This document shows, piece after piece, positions 38,021 to 50,646 of a stretch of DNA of 64,000 nucleotides. Made by a program: the position numbers and the translations under genes. The notes beneath the pieces were generated by a model, which had not been told where the DNA came from, did no database searches, and saw only the letters and a program-made list of their open reading frames with translations. The stretch covers positions 9,796,001 to 9,860,000 of the forward strand of contig CM052823.1 of the NCBI GenBank assembly GCA_028534125.1. The letters run 5' to 3'. How positions within the stretch are numbered: the first letter of the stretch is position 1; each line of letters opens with the position of its first letter. The DNA comes from Lama glama (lineage: Eukaryota).

Positions 38021-39583
38021 CCGCCTCCCAGTCTCAGTCAACTCAAGGTTCCTAAAATAGGAATCCTAGTTTTCCCTGATGCTTTTTGTTTTTTTTAAAA
38101 AAAAAAAAAAGGTGCTGGCAGGCCTGACAGGTGACAAGTAAGTGCAGTCATACAGATGGGTCCAGGAAGGCGTATGGGGTTCACAGAGGAGCTCCACCCC
38201 TAGTCTGGCGCAGGGGACAGAGTACAGCCAAAGAGGTGTCTTATCATTTCTGTGACTGCTCTCATTTCAAATTTATGGTAGCGAAGGAATAACGTTTCAG
38301 AAACCATTTTAAGAAAATATATTGTCAGATCTTAGGGGGAAAATTCACTGGAAGTAGAGTCATGTTTTAACCGGGGGAAGGGTTAAAACTAAGGCAAAAG
38401 CGTTGAGTGTTTAAAAATATCTTAAATGGAATAAAGACTGACAGGCTGGTGAAACCAAGTAGGAGGCCAGGATTTCAGGCCCTGGTTGGCAGAGCTGTGC
38501 CCTCGCTCAGGCGGCGTGGGCATGCCTTGATGAGCAAAGGGAAACGGGCTCCCGCCGTGAGGGAGGAGAGGGAGGACGAAGAAAACCGTCAACCTGGGCT
38601 GGGAGGGCAGCGGGGACGGCAGCAGGCAGGGGTGAGCTGGGAGACACAGGCCCGAGGGAAGCAGGGATGACCCGGGATGGAGGAGGACACAAAGAGTCAG
38701 GGAGAGACTCCATGCTCAGATTCTGCAAAGGGGACGGGATGGGAGAAGCCACCTCTGCAGAGGGACCAGGCGGCATCAGACCAACTAAGCAGAAGAGGCA
38801 AGTTAAGAAACCAAGCAAGACTGGGAAGAAAACAAGTGGAAGAGGATACTTGGGACCGCGACTCGGCAGGGGACGCAGAAGACCAGGGTGAGGGCAGATT
38901 TGAGCAGCAAAGTTCAGGAGCCCAGGGAAGACACAGGAAATGAGAGCCAGCTAATGAGGTGGCAGGGGCCCTGGGGGCGGGGGAAGGAGCATCAGCCTGC
39001 CGCAGGGGAGTGGCTCTGCCCCCAAGGATCTCTAGGTCCTGCAGGCAGGACTTTCTGGGGACAGGAGACGGGAAGGCGAAGCCACAGAGACAGGGGTTGC
39101 CAGGGGTGCTGATTTTCCAGGGGCTGAGCCCTGGTGCAGGCTGTGCAGACCTCAGGCTGATGAGGTGGGGCTGGGACCCTCCAGGGGGCAGAGCAGCAGC
39201 GTGGGAACCAGACCCGGTTCAGATCCCAGCTAAACCACTCAACTGCTGAAACGTCAAGGTGCCTTCATTTACTCTCCTGTAAAATGGGGATAACAGCACG
39301 CACTGCATGTATGTTGTAAGCATTCAGTTATACAACAAGGAAGTGCCCAAATATAAGAGGTGCTCGGGAAAGGTTAGTTTCCTTTCAAGAGTAGGGTGGA
39401 AGGAAAAGCTGTATTTTTCTTAACTGTCAATATGGACAACGTCAAACAGACATAGGGACACAGAGAAGAGTGTAATGAGCTCCCATGTACCCAATCACTC
39501 AGCTTCAGCTATAACTCCGGGTGGTCTGGTTTCATCTCACACCCCCCGCAACTGTGCCAGCTCCCTCTTCTCCCCACTTATTT

Positions 39584-39690
39584 ATTTTTTACTTATTTTT
39601 TATTGACACATAGTCAGTTTACAATGCTGTGTCAATTTCTGGTGTACAGCACAGTGTCTCAGTCATACATATACACACATATATTCCCAT
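39584..39690 (-). mobile_element. Very short (~110 bp) artiodactyl-type L1 3' end
   Basis: T-rich tail followed by attgacacatagtcagtttacaatgctgtgtcaatttctggtgtacagc, the same family as 22650-22740. Probable TSD ccca(c/t)ttattt. Confidence 0.75.
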
Positions 39691-40284
39691 CCCATTTATT
39701 TTGAAGAAAATTTCACTTGTCATAGTATTTCTACCATAAGTGTTGCAGTGCATGCATCTAAAACGAGGTGGGTTTTTTGAAAAAACTCAACACAAATCTG
39801 GCCTAGAGTTCCTGAGAGCCCAGGAGTGTTCTCTGCTCCACGTCATTTGGGAACACCTTGGTACCCAGAGGGGAAGGGAAAGTGTGACACCCCCGCCTTG
39901 CTCCACAACTGCATAAGGGTAGACATTAAGGGGCTTTTGAGCCACGAAGGAGGGGCAACCCAGGCCGTTGGCTGAAGTCCAGCCCTGAGGACAGGTGTCC
40001 TCAAATCAGTGCCTGTGGGCCTTCTTTGAAGGCTGGAAGTCACATCAGCAGCCACAGACCTCATTACAGAGTTCCGGGGGAGGCCATCTCATGACAGGGA
40101 CACCGCCTCCAATCTCCTTTGCTCTCCGGACCTAAATCTCACACGCACAGGTCCTGAGGTCTCTCTCCAGGCTTTATTAGGTAACCACAGAGGAAAACAG
40201 TACAGGAATGGGGTACTTAAGGGGGGCAGAGTGTGTTGAGCCCAGATGCAGGCAATAAAGGGGCGCACTGTGCATAAAGAGTAT

Positions 40285-40878
40285 AAAGATAGTGTGGTGG
40301 TTCCTCAAACTGATCTAGAAATTTCTCTCCTGGGCATGGACACAAAAGAATGGAAAGCAGGGACTCAAACAGATATTGTACATCCATGTTCACAGCAGTA
40401 TTATTTGCAACAGCCAAGGGATAGAAGCAACCTAAGTTCCATCCCTGGATGAATGGATAAACACAACATGGTAGACACACCCGCTGAATGTCATCCAGCC
40501 TTAAAAAGGATTGAAGGCCAGATACACCTACAACTCAGATGAGGCTTCAACACGTCATGCCAAGTGAAACAAGCCAGTCAAAAAAAGAGAAATACTATAC
40601 ATATGGTTTCATTTATATGAGCTACCTAGAGTAGTCAAATTCATAGCAACAGAAGGTAGACCAGTGGTTGCCAAGAACTGTGAGATTAGGAATGAGGAGT
40701 TAGTATTTAATGGGGGTAGAGCTTCAGTTTGGCAAGCTCTGGAGATGGATGGCGGTGATGGTTGCACAATGAAGTGAGTATACTTAATGCCACTGAGCAG
40801 TACACTTAAACATGCTTCAAATGGTAAAGTTTATGTTATGTATATTTTCCACAATAAAATGACAAAAAGTAATAAAAA
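40285..40878 (+). mobile_element. L1MB-like 3' region
   Basis: aaagcagggactcaaacagat…ggagatggatggcggtgatggttgcacaat…cacaataaaa. Confidence 0.85.
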
Positions 40879-40927
40879 TTGGATGACTTACAGTCACCAC
40901 TGGCCAGCAATTTTGAGCATCAGGAAA

Positions 40928-41050
40928 GGGGAGGACACAGCTCGGTGGTAGAGTGCATGCTTAGCACACACAAGGTCCTGGGTTCAGTCCCCACTACTGC
41001 CATTAAAATAAATAAACCTAATTACCTCTTCCCACCCCTCCAAAAATTTT
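40928..41050 (+). mobile_element. tRNA-derived SINE (vic-1-like), long-tail type
   Basis: cagctcggtggtagagtg…ggtcctgggttcagtcccc, tail aaataaacctaattacctc. TSD unclear. Confidence 0.85.
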
Positions 41051-44000
41051 TTTTTAAATCAGGGATAAAAACACTCCTTTCCAGAGGAGACCACTCCCAC
41101 TGCAGCCCTGCCCACCGCCCCCTGGTCCCCCATAGCTCCTGCTGGTTAATGCCCTCCCTTAGACCCTGCAGGATGGTGGGAGGCCGGTGGAGGTGGGTCC
41201 ACAGGACTGAAGACAGACTCACACAGGGGCCCTCGGTGAAAGCAGGAGCCTCTTGAAGGTCAAGGGTGAAGCACATTTGTGCTCACGGACCTCTTCTAGA
41301 ACACAGTTTTACAGCTATAGAAGCCTCCTCCTCCCACCACTGCAGACCACCTGGAATTTCAGCAGAAGCAATGAACCTGAACAGTAGTGTCACAGGCCAG
41401 GTGCCCAGACCAGAGATGGGCAAATCACCCTGCATACAAGTCCTAGATCTGCTCCAATAATCTGCTTACACATTAAACAGAGATTAAAGGAAATGTCGAA
41501 CAAAACCCTTTAGTAGTGTGGGCTCGTGCTGTGGACTGGGTTCTTCTCTGACTTTTGCTTTTTGGGGGGCAGGGGGTTGGAGAATGAGGTTGGCTTTAAA
41601 TAATACTAATTCCAGTTACTGGAAGGTACCATGTATAATTTAGAGGGTTTGTCATGTGCCAGGAACTGTGCTAAAGGCCACTCCATCCCCTCAAAAAGCA
41701 GACTCCACCGGGCAGGGTCTGTCTTGCTCGCAGCTGGATCTCAGGTGCCCTGCTGGTTTTAGGCACCCTGGAGAAACTCTAGAAGGACCATTAAGTGCTT
41801 TATGTGCATTTGGTTAATCTGCACAGTGACCTTGGGAGGTACATCTGATCCCATTGTACGTCTGATCCCACTTGACAGCTGAGAAAATTGAGGCACAGAG
41901 AGTTTCAGTGACTACCCGAAAGTTACAGGAGTTGAGCCCAGGCCCCTCTCTTCCCAGCACATTTCAGTGCTTGTCACAACATTCTGTGCACACGTCACCC
42001 AGAGGGCTGCTTTGCCTCCCAGAATATGCCCTCCCCCTGAGCTAGAAACATCTATTAGAGGGGAAGATAAAACTGTTCTGGGAAACACACATACTTTCAG
42101 GACTGGAGATCTGGAGTCTGAAAATTCCCCTTCTGAGGATCTCACAGGTTTTTGAGATACCCAACCCCACCTCCCAGAATCAGTGCGGGGCCCAGCGCCC
42201 TCACCATAGGGGTAGCTTCCTTGAAGCCACCAGGAACATATGCTCCCTGTACTCAGAGCCCAGCCACATGGAAGCCCTTCCTCACCCAAAACTGTTCACC
42301 TCTGCTGTCCTGTCTCAGAGGCAGACACTGTCCTGCCCCCTCACTTCTCCCCACGAATCCTGGGAGGTGAGCCATCAAGTTCAGGAAGAGCATGGAGGGC
42401 TGAGGGAAAGGGACACAGGATGGGCAGACATCCTAGCTCAGATCAGCCTAACCTGGAGACAGATACACATCCAGACCATCCAGCTCCCCTGGAACCTGTG
42501 GTAAGGGCCCATCCTAGTTCCTGAGCAGCCACGGGAGCCAAGCCATTATTCAGAAGCCCTGGGTGTGCATCTAAACAGGGCTGTGCGACTCTGACCTCCA
42601 GCTGAGCTTATTTCTGCTCGTTGGGGACAGGAACCGCCTGGCAGACCCCTCCTTGGTATTTTATAAGACACAGCACCTGGGAGGCACTGGGTCTTAGCAG
42701 AGGTGCTAAGAGTTGAGGTATGACCCAAACTGGTCAGGTAATGACCCAAACTGGGCAGGATCAATCAGACAGTAACTCCAGCAACGGAGCAGCAGCCCAC
42801 ACTTATTAAGCACCAGCTGTTGTCAGGCATGGTTTCTAAATCTCACAGACGGCTTTATTTATTTATTGCTCACAACCACTTTGTCTCTTAGGTGCTATCC
42901 TCATTACGTTGTCCCCTTACACTGCAAATGGATGGAGAAAGTGAGGTTCAGAGAAGTTAAATCACTTGCCTGAAATCACACAGGTAGAGCGAGTAGGAGT
43001 CCGGATTTAAGCCCTGGCAGTGTGTGCTCCCCACCCTCTTAGCTTAGTCTTTTAAATATTACTCTCCTCTTAGCCCTGGTCAGTTTGAGTCAGGCTTCAA
43101 AGAACAGATGGGAGCTGGGAGTGGAGGTATAGAGAAGACAGATCCTTCCTTTCTTTGCATTGTGCCAATGGGTCACTTAGTAACCAACCGCCTATAAACT
43201 GCCCCCTGAGCTCAGGGAGGCGGGACATTCACCCCCCCACTCCCCAGCTGTCCCCAGGGCTCCAATGGTAGAAAAATGCCTCCAGTGACAACACCTCTTC
43301 CACGCCAACAGTGGCTGTTGCCATGAGAGTGACTCTCAAACACCCTGCACCACTTGACCCCAACTTCCCTTCTCAAGTTCATCCCGTCCCCCTTCCTGGG
43401 TCCCACTCTGGCCCATCTGATTGCCCCCTGCTTTCTGCTTTTCTGGGTCTTTGTTTATCAGGCTCCCTCCACCTGGACTGCCTTTCCCCAGCTCCAGTTA
43501 ATACGTATTTAAAGCCTGTGTCTTCCAAGGCCTACCTAGATTGCCATCTCCTCCACAAAGTCCCCCAGGATTGACCTACTGGGTTCCAAACTTGCTACCT
43601 TTTCCTAGAGCCCCGAGACCTTTCTCCTTGTCCTTCCACCTAATTTGCAGCTATCCACTTGAGGACAGGCTTCTTACCAAATTCACCTTTGAATTAACCC
43701 CCATCCCAGCACAAGCACAAAGCAGGCCCCCAACGCACATGCAGATAACATTTTTAGAAATCAGTACTGACCTAAAAACCTTCTCTCTGTTAAATTTCCC
43801 TGAAAACACATCAGCTCTAAAATGTGATTACACTGCACTGTACACCCCACCTCTCAGCCTTGATAAATGCAGCCCTGAAATTTAAAGGGTATTTTAATTA
43901 CAGGGCAGAGGCTAAAACCTCTGCCCAAAGAGGCCTGTCATTTATCCTTTCTTTTGCTACTTCCAACATTACTTTACCCCAAAGGCCCTGCCCTCCAGGC

Positions 44001-45145
44001 TGTCCCCCAAGGAACTGCGCAATGTACCTCACGTGTGAGCTGGGGGAGAAAAACACTGGGTGAGGCAGACAGAAATATTCAAGATACCCAAGTGATAATC
44101 AGAAATTCATTTCACTCAGTGTTTACCTGGTTCTTATCTCATTTGAACTGAGCTGGACTCATGAAATGGTTTGGTCCAGACTAATTCTGGCTTACATTTC
44201 AGAGCCGCTGGGCTCTCGGCCGAAAGCACACTGTCCAGCAGCTTTGAGAGGGGTCCAGCCAGGCTGAAGATCTTGGCAAGGGAGGGGACAAAAAAGGGGG
44301 CATCTACAGCTGGAGGCCCCTGGGACACAGGGCCTGGATGTCTGGGAAGCAGCCTTCGTCCTCAACATTTCCATTCACTCATTCACACACACTGGAGCTG
44401 ATTCCATGCCGGGCACCTTGCTGGCAGCAAGAGCGACTCTGATGGCTGACACAGGCTCTGCCCCGGGGAAGCTCCCAGTCTCACACTGTCATGGGCATGA
44501 CTCGTGCAGCCAGGACAGAGGGCGGGTGTAGTACAGTGGTAACAGAAAGGAGAGAGAGCTACCTGGAGTGCCGACAGGCAATGTTCTAGGAGAGGGGAAC
44601 TCAAGCTGCACCTTAAAGTCTACGGGGCTGTGCATCTGGAGACAGAGGAGGGCACCTAGGAGGGGAGCCGGCACGTGCGAAGTCCCCAGCACTCAGGGCA
44701 CTTTGTCTCTTTGACCTGTGTGGCTGCTTTCCCCAGCCTGTCAATTCCACATTTCTCTTGGTGCCCGCTGCGGTCTATGCCAGGGGTGTGAGGGAGAAGG
44801 GGGCACAAGAAGAGGCTAGCAAACAGGGTGGGGGGCCAGACAGAGGGCCTTACACAGTAGGCTTCCAGCTCTGGCCACATCATAGGAGAGTGAGATGAAC
44901 CCATCTGCTGGTTATCAAGACAACCAGGAGGGGACAGGAATAATGGCTTGGAGCAAAACAGGCAGGCCGACTACTGCAGTTGTCCAGACAAGTCTGAGGA
45001 AGGAACAAGTCTAAGGCGGGGTGGGTGCAGAAACTGGCTGAGAGAGAGCAGACAGCATCTTCACTGCTAGTGAGCAAGGTTTTCTGACTCTCAATCCAAC
45101 GCTCTTTATGCCAGGCTAAGGAGCTCCTCCACAGCCTAGAACAGA

Positions 45146-45178
45146 AGCACTTCCCATAACTGCCACTAGAGGGCAGAG
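45146..45178 (+). promoter_or_regulatory. Candidate CTCF site (core plus upstream motif)
   Basis: tgCCACTAGAGGGCAGag is near-consensus, preceded by agcacttccc with a 5-bp spacer. Motif evidence only. Confidence 0.65.
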
Positions 45179-46533
45179 TGCCCTCTGAGTCACAGCATCA
45201 AACAGTCCCTCTGCCACTTCTGGGGCACAAGATTCTCTAAGAATTGCTCCAGGACCGATTTAAAGACTGATCAATTCCTTTGTGTCCAGGTAGGGTCAGA
45301 CGGTCAACGCATGTCCTCCTGAGAAGGTAGCTTGAACCCATGTCCCCATCCCTGCTCTGACAACAACCAATGGCAAGTTATGCTTCATTTCTTTCAGTTT
45401 CTGCTTCCATCTACCTCCTTATAGGTTTATTTGGGGGACTGAATGACTAAGTGAGATGATATACTTAAAATACGCTGGTAAAAATATTGGTAAAAACTGC
45501 CACCTTAATAGTAGCAAAAATACCTTATATGCCAGGCAAAGTTTATACTGAGCACTTTCTATGTGTCAGGCAAAGTTGTAAGCACTTTACATATATTACC
45601 ATATTTAATCCTCATAACTCTGAGGCCAAGACTGTTATTACCCCCATTTAATAGATGGGAATACTGAGGCTTAGAGAGGTTAATTTGCCAGAGGTCTTAC
45701 CTTTAATTTATATATATATATATGTTTGTATTTTATATATATAAAGTATATATTATAATTTTTTTGTAAGCCAGAGCATTTAAACCAGTGTACCAGAAGC
45801 ATCAAAAAATATAAACCTCTCCCTTTACAATTTATTTTAGCATTTCTACAGGAAATTACAGTTACAGGAAATGTGTTCCCTATAGAAAATTTTCAAAACA
45901 TAAAACAATCATAAAGAAGGAAATGAAACTGGCTATCCTTCAACCCAGATATTACCCGTCGACTTTTGGCCTATATCTTACTGCTACAGTAGAGTAGTTT
46001 GGGCCTGTATCATTATAGTATACTCACTGTGACCCCAAAGTAGAATTGTGCATTGCTATTTTGCACCTGCTTCATTTCTCCTCTTTCTGTAATAACCTAT
46101 AGCAAATCCTAAAACAGACTGGTCTTTCTAGCTTAGATGCTTAACCGTATTAACAAGTGGACGAAATCTATTTTCACGATACCAGCACCACTCACGCCTC
46201 TCTCCCGTGCCAGGCACTGTGAGAGGCCTTAAAGGGACACAATCCCAGGGTCTATGCTCAAGGGCTTACAAATGCCAAAGATGTACATCCTTCCCCATCT
46301 ACCGTCAAGAGGTACTTGTTGCGTGTATCCTATGTGCCAGGCCCAGCAGTGAACAGACAGTGAGGCTCTCAAGGGCTCACATTTAAGAGCAGAGCAGCCG
46401 GCAATAAGCAAGAAAATACACCGGGTAATTATAGCAGTTCTGGCTGTGAAGGGTGATGTGACAGGGTGTGACTAGGGAAAGGGCAACTTGAGACTGGAGA
46501 GTCTGAGGAGGTGACATTTAAACTAGCCCTGAA

Positions 46534-46670
46534 TAGGGGTTGGGGGGTAGCTCAAGTGGTAGAGCACATGCTGCTATGCACAAGGTCCCGGGTTCAATCC
46601 CCAGCACCGCTATTTCAATCAGTAAATAAGTTAAAAAAAAAAACCTAATACCACCGGCCTCAAAAATGAA
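46534..46670 (+). mobile_element. tRNA-derived SINE (vic-1-like), long-tail type
   Basis: tagctcaagtggtagagc…gggttcaatcccc. Perfect TSD taaactagccctgaa at 46519-46533 and 46671-46685. Confidence 0.93.
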
Positions 46671-46745
46671 TAAACTAGCCCTGAAGAGATTCCAAGGATC
46701 CTGCCTTATCAAGATCTGGGAAGAGTGTTCAGAAAGCAGGAACAG

Positions 46746-46840
46746 TGGGGTGGGGTCATAGCTCAGTGGTAGAGTGTGTGCTTAGCATGAAGGAGGTCCT
46801 GGGTTCAATCCCCAGCACCTCCATCTAAATAACTAAGCAA
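46746..46840 (+). mobile_element. tRNA-derived SINE (vic-1-like), short-tail type
   Basis: tagctcagtggtagagtg…gggttcaatcccc. TSD cagaaagcaggaa(c/a)ag at 46730-46745 and 46841-46856. Confidence 0.93.
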
Positions 46841-47090
46841 CAGAAAGCAGGAAAAGCATGTGCAAAGGCCCTGAGGCAGGAAGGGGTTTAGTGGACTCAA
46901 AATCAGTGGAGATTTTCAGCGAGGGAGTCGACCCACACTCTTCAAGTAACAGACAAGATGATGAGATGAACTGACATGGTAAGGCAAAGTTTCTTTCAAG
47001 AACTTACATGAATTTTGAAGTTACCTATCTTGGGTTTCCTACAGATTTTTGAAAGGTGATGAGTTAAAGAATATACATGACCTCTTAAAA

Positions 47091-47260
47091 CAGGGGCTTC
47101 TCAGCCTTAGAATCCTTGGGGAGCTTTGGAAAGTCCTGGGGCCCAGGACACACCCCTGTGATTGCATCAAAATACTGGGAGAAGAGGGGGAACCTAGGAG
47201 TTTAAAAACATTTTTTTAAAGCTGTCCATGTGATTCCAGTGAGCTGTTATGGTTGACGGC
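47091..47260. mobile_element. MER5A-like hAT MITE
   Basis: caggggcttctcagccttagaatccttggggagcttt…aagctgtccatgtgattcca. Confidence 0.6.
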
Positions 47261-48489
47261 CTAAGATCACAAAGGACACGTCGGCACAGCTGGCCACCTC
47301 TTAGGAAACCATCCCTAGCCCTGAGAACTTAAAACCCCCTTCCAAGTTCTCTTTAAATGAAGACAGGGAGCACTGATGGGAGGTGGGTCCTCCCACCTCT
47401 GGCCATGGCATTTGCTCTCTTGTCCCTACTGTCATCCTGTTCCGCCTTCAGTGGCAGAAGCCCCAAGCCTGGTCATCAAGGGTCTGTGTCCCTCTGCCAT
47501 CAAGGCTTGTAAGTTCCTACCATGTGCCAGGCACAGGTACAGGCCACGGGGCTGCAGCAAAGGGGATGAAGTTCATGCCTTAGGCATCCACTGTGCTGGA
47601 GAAAGAGACAGATCCTATGCCAGAGTGGCTAAGCTTCAGGGAGAGGCGACTTGCAGAAGAGACCACACAGGGTGGGGCAGGGGGTACGGCCACGGAAGGA
47701 GGAGACAGCAGGCAGAGGTCTGGATGGCATGAAAACGGAAGTAGGGGAGAGGGGTTGGAAGAATCTTCAACTCAGGGCAGTTTGGGCAAAGGCAGGAAAT
47801 GGTGACGTGATCGAGGAATAGAAAGGTAAGGTGGCTGGAGCGTGATGTGTGATGGGGAGGCTGCAGGGGTGTGAGACAGAAGGGTAAGAGTCCGGGTTTC
47901 CAGCATGATGGTTGGCCCTTGTGGGAACGAGCCCAGCCCCATCACACTGGGCGCCTGCCCGGGTGGCACAAAGGGAAGCCGGGCCAGCCAGCCTCCTGGA
48001 AGCCTTTCTCCAGAGCTCCTTGCCCCAAGGCAAGAGTTCCCAGGTCTTCCCCAGAAAGGCAGAGAGGGTGAGGGCGCTCAGGTTACAGCCAACTCAGGCC
48101 TGAGCCTGACCCTCCTCCTCTCGGGTTGTTCCAGCAGCCAGGGAGGAGGTGGGTTGGGGCCTCGCCTCTGCCTTTGGGTTCGGAGCGGAACCTCTGAGAA
48201 CATCCCTCTTCAGAGCCCTCTCACCCACGTGGACTCACTGGATCCTGTGCACCCCCGAGGAAGCCAAGCAGACAGCACCTCCTTTTACAGAGAGCTGGGG
48301 ACCTGCCCAATAATGAAGATCTAAGACTCGAGATCCACTCCCAGGCCATCTCCCTCCTCTCACGAAACCAGAGACTTTAATTCCCTTAAAAATCACACTA
48401 GCCACAGCACTGGGCTTCCTCTGTCTAGGTGACCACTTTGCTCCATTTTTAATAAAGATGTTTACTTCACTTCTGCCATTATTAACTTC

Positions 48490-49500
48490 AATTTATTAAA
48501 ATTAAAACCTTCCATTCAAAAGACACCAGTAAGAGAGTGAAAATGAGATGCCCGGGGGGTGAGAAGACACTGGCAGCGCATGAATCTGACAAGGGACCTG
48601 GATACAAGCCGAGCAGAAAAAGACAATCCAATAGAAAACTGGACAAAGACTTGGACACATCATAGGGGGGAAGAGATAACCGAACAGGCAATAAACAAAG
48701 GAAAAGGAAAACACAGAACCACGCATCTGCGGGGAAACACATATTAACATCACAACGACGCACGAGGAACGTCAGTGGGGATGCAGAGTAACCAAAACCC
48801 CCACAGGTTCCGGTGGGAGCGTAAAGAGGTCCGGAGCGGACACCCAACAGAAACGAGAGCCCATGTCCCTCAAAGGGTGCGTATAACTGAGTGTGAGTGC
48901 GACAGTCTGGGACCCGGGCCCCTTTACCAGAGTGCCTGCACGTGCACCTGGACAAACGAACAGAAAACAAAATCCATAAAGGACCGAAAATAACTGCACG
49001 CATGCGCCGTTGGGGAAACTACGCACACGATCTAAAAGGCCACAAACCAACTGTCATTTCTGAGGTGCCAGGAGCAAAAGCAGGGTCCTACTGCACATGA
49101 TCCCTGCACCAGGCACCACCAAGGGGGTGGGCAGACCACATAAGCCACTGATCCACCCCTACCCCACCCCACTTAAGGAACCACCTCACCCCGGGGAGCG
49201 AGGACACCTGTTGCTTATTTTCTCTACCCTGTGCTGCAGCTTGAGTCCCACTAAAGCCTTGCCTAGATTTCTCTTCTGGCCTCCTACCTATTTCTATTGA
49301 TCAAGGAGTCCAAGGACCCAAGTCAGTAATACAAGGATGTTCCCTGCAGCATTATTCCTAATAGCTCCAAACAACCTAGCTGTTCACCGACAGCTGGTGG
49401 ACAAAGCAACCCCTTATGTACCGATACCACGGAATTACACAGAGCCATGAAAGAGTGAACTCTTGTTCCCAGAGCACGGAGGAATCTCACAGGAGCCACG
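48490..49500 (+). mobile_element. L1MD/ME-like fragment interrupted by an LTR
   Basis: aaaattaaaaccttccattcaaaagacacc…tggacaaagacttggacac…, resuming at tacaaggatgttccctgcagcattattc. Confidence 0.65.
48888..49331 (+). mobile_element. Probable ERV1-class solo LTR (~445 bp)
   Basis: Sits inside the L1 fragment. LTR-like 3' end actaaagccttgcct…tttctattgatcaaggagtccaaggacccaagtcagtaa. TSD not clear. Confidence 0.55.
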
Positions 49501-50437
49501 GCAGCCAGACTGCACCCACGTCCACTGCCCTGAGGTCAGACTCAGCCAGTGTTGGACAAATGCCCCTGCTCGTCCCACAGTGACTCAAACACAGACCTGC
49601 TGCCCCTACATCTCCCGCATCCTCCTTTTCAGGTAGGACCCCAACTCTCCCCTTCGCCAAGCTAGAAGCTCAGGATAACCCTAGGTCCATCCCCGAAGGC
49701 TAACCAATCGCCAGGCTCTGCCTGGTTCACCTCCTACCTCTAATCCATCTCCCTCCTCCGTCCTCACTGGTCATGCTTCTCTCCCACCACCTAGGCCTCT
49801 GGAGTCAGCTCGGTGTTCAGCTCCTGCTACTGCTCCAGGCGGGTTCATAACGCCGTCCCTTTGTTCATGCTGTTCCATCTACTCAGAACACCCTTCCCTG
49901 CTACATGCTGACTGCCTCTCTCTTATCTTTGTACTCAGCTCAGATAGCACCTTCTTGGTTTGAGTACACATGTCTCCCTCAGACTCTTAGTCCTTAGCAC
50001 AGTGGATTTAACTTATCTGCTCCAAGGTCTGCCCCTCTGCCCACTACATTGCTAGGTGCCTTGTGAACAAGGACCACGGGGCTCCCAGGCAAGAGGCACT
50101 GAGAAATGTTGGCTTATCTAAATAAAACATACCTTACCCATCTGGTCTCCACAGGGTACCCTGGACATGTGTTATTCTCCCTGTTTCACTGATGGGCAGC
50201 TAAGAAAGTAGGTGCTGGAGTGAGACAAACCTAAGTTCAAATCCCAGCTTGGCCACTTGGCAGTTGTGGTCCTTGGACAAGGCACTCATCCCTCCTGGGT
50301 CTCAACTTTTTTCACCCATGAAGTGGGAGGTGCTGCTGCAGCCACTGAGATAACAAATGGGATGCGCGTGGCAGACAGGAAAGGTCCCCTCTGGGGAGCT
50401 TCCCCGCATTACAAACCCGTCCCCGACACATTCGTTT

Positions 50438-50646
50438 AGCAGAGGGATCTCAGCCACCGCATTACTCACGTCCTGCACTGGAGAGTCCTTTGTCTACAGG
50501 GCTGTCTTGCGCGCTGCAAAATGTTTAGCAGCACTGTGGCCTCTGCTCACTGGATGCCAGTAAAAAACCCTCTCCCAAGGTTGTGACAACAACAATGTCT
50601 CCAGACAGTGCCACATGTCCCCTGGGAGGCAGTCGAGAACCACTGA
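50438..50646 (-). mobile_element. MER20 hAT MITE
   Basis: cagagggatctcagcc…ggatgccagta…gttgtgacaacaacaatgtctccagacagtgcca…gagaaccactg. Confidence 0.8.

Larger units (their letters stand above)
46310..46900. mobile_element. Ancient L2 fragment hosting the two SINEs
   Basis: L2-like motifs ctatgtgccaggc…, gaggaggtgacattta and gcatgtgcaaaggccctgaggcagga are continuous once the SINEs are removed. Confidence 0.65.

Noticed and set aside
38364-38389. Perfect 9-bp inverted repeat gttttaacc/ggttaaaac
   Set aside because: An isolated AT-rich stem of this length is expected by chance in 64 kb.
46534-46840. tRNA-like sequences (also at 35661 and 40928) as tRNA genes
   Set aside because: They have A-rich tails, TSDs in most copies and degenerate stems, so they are SINEs rather than functional tRNAs.
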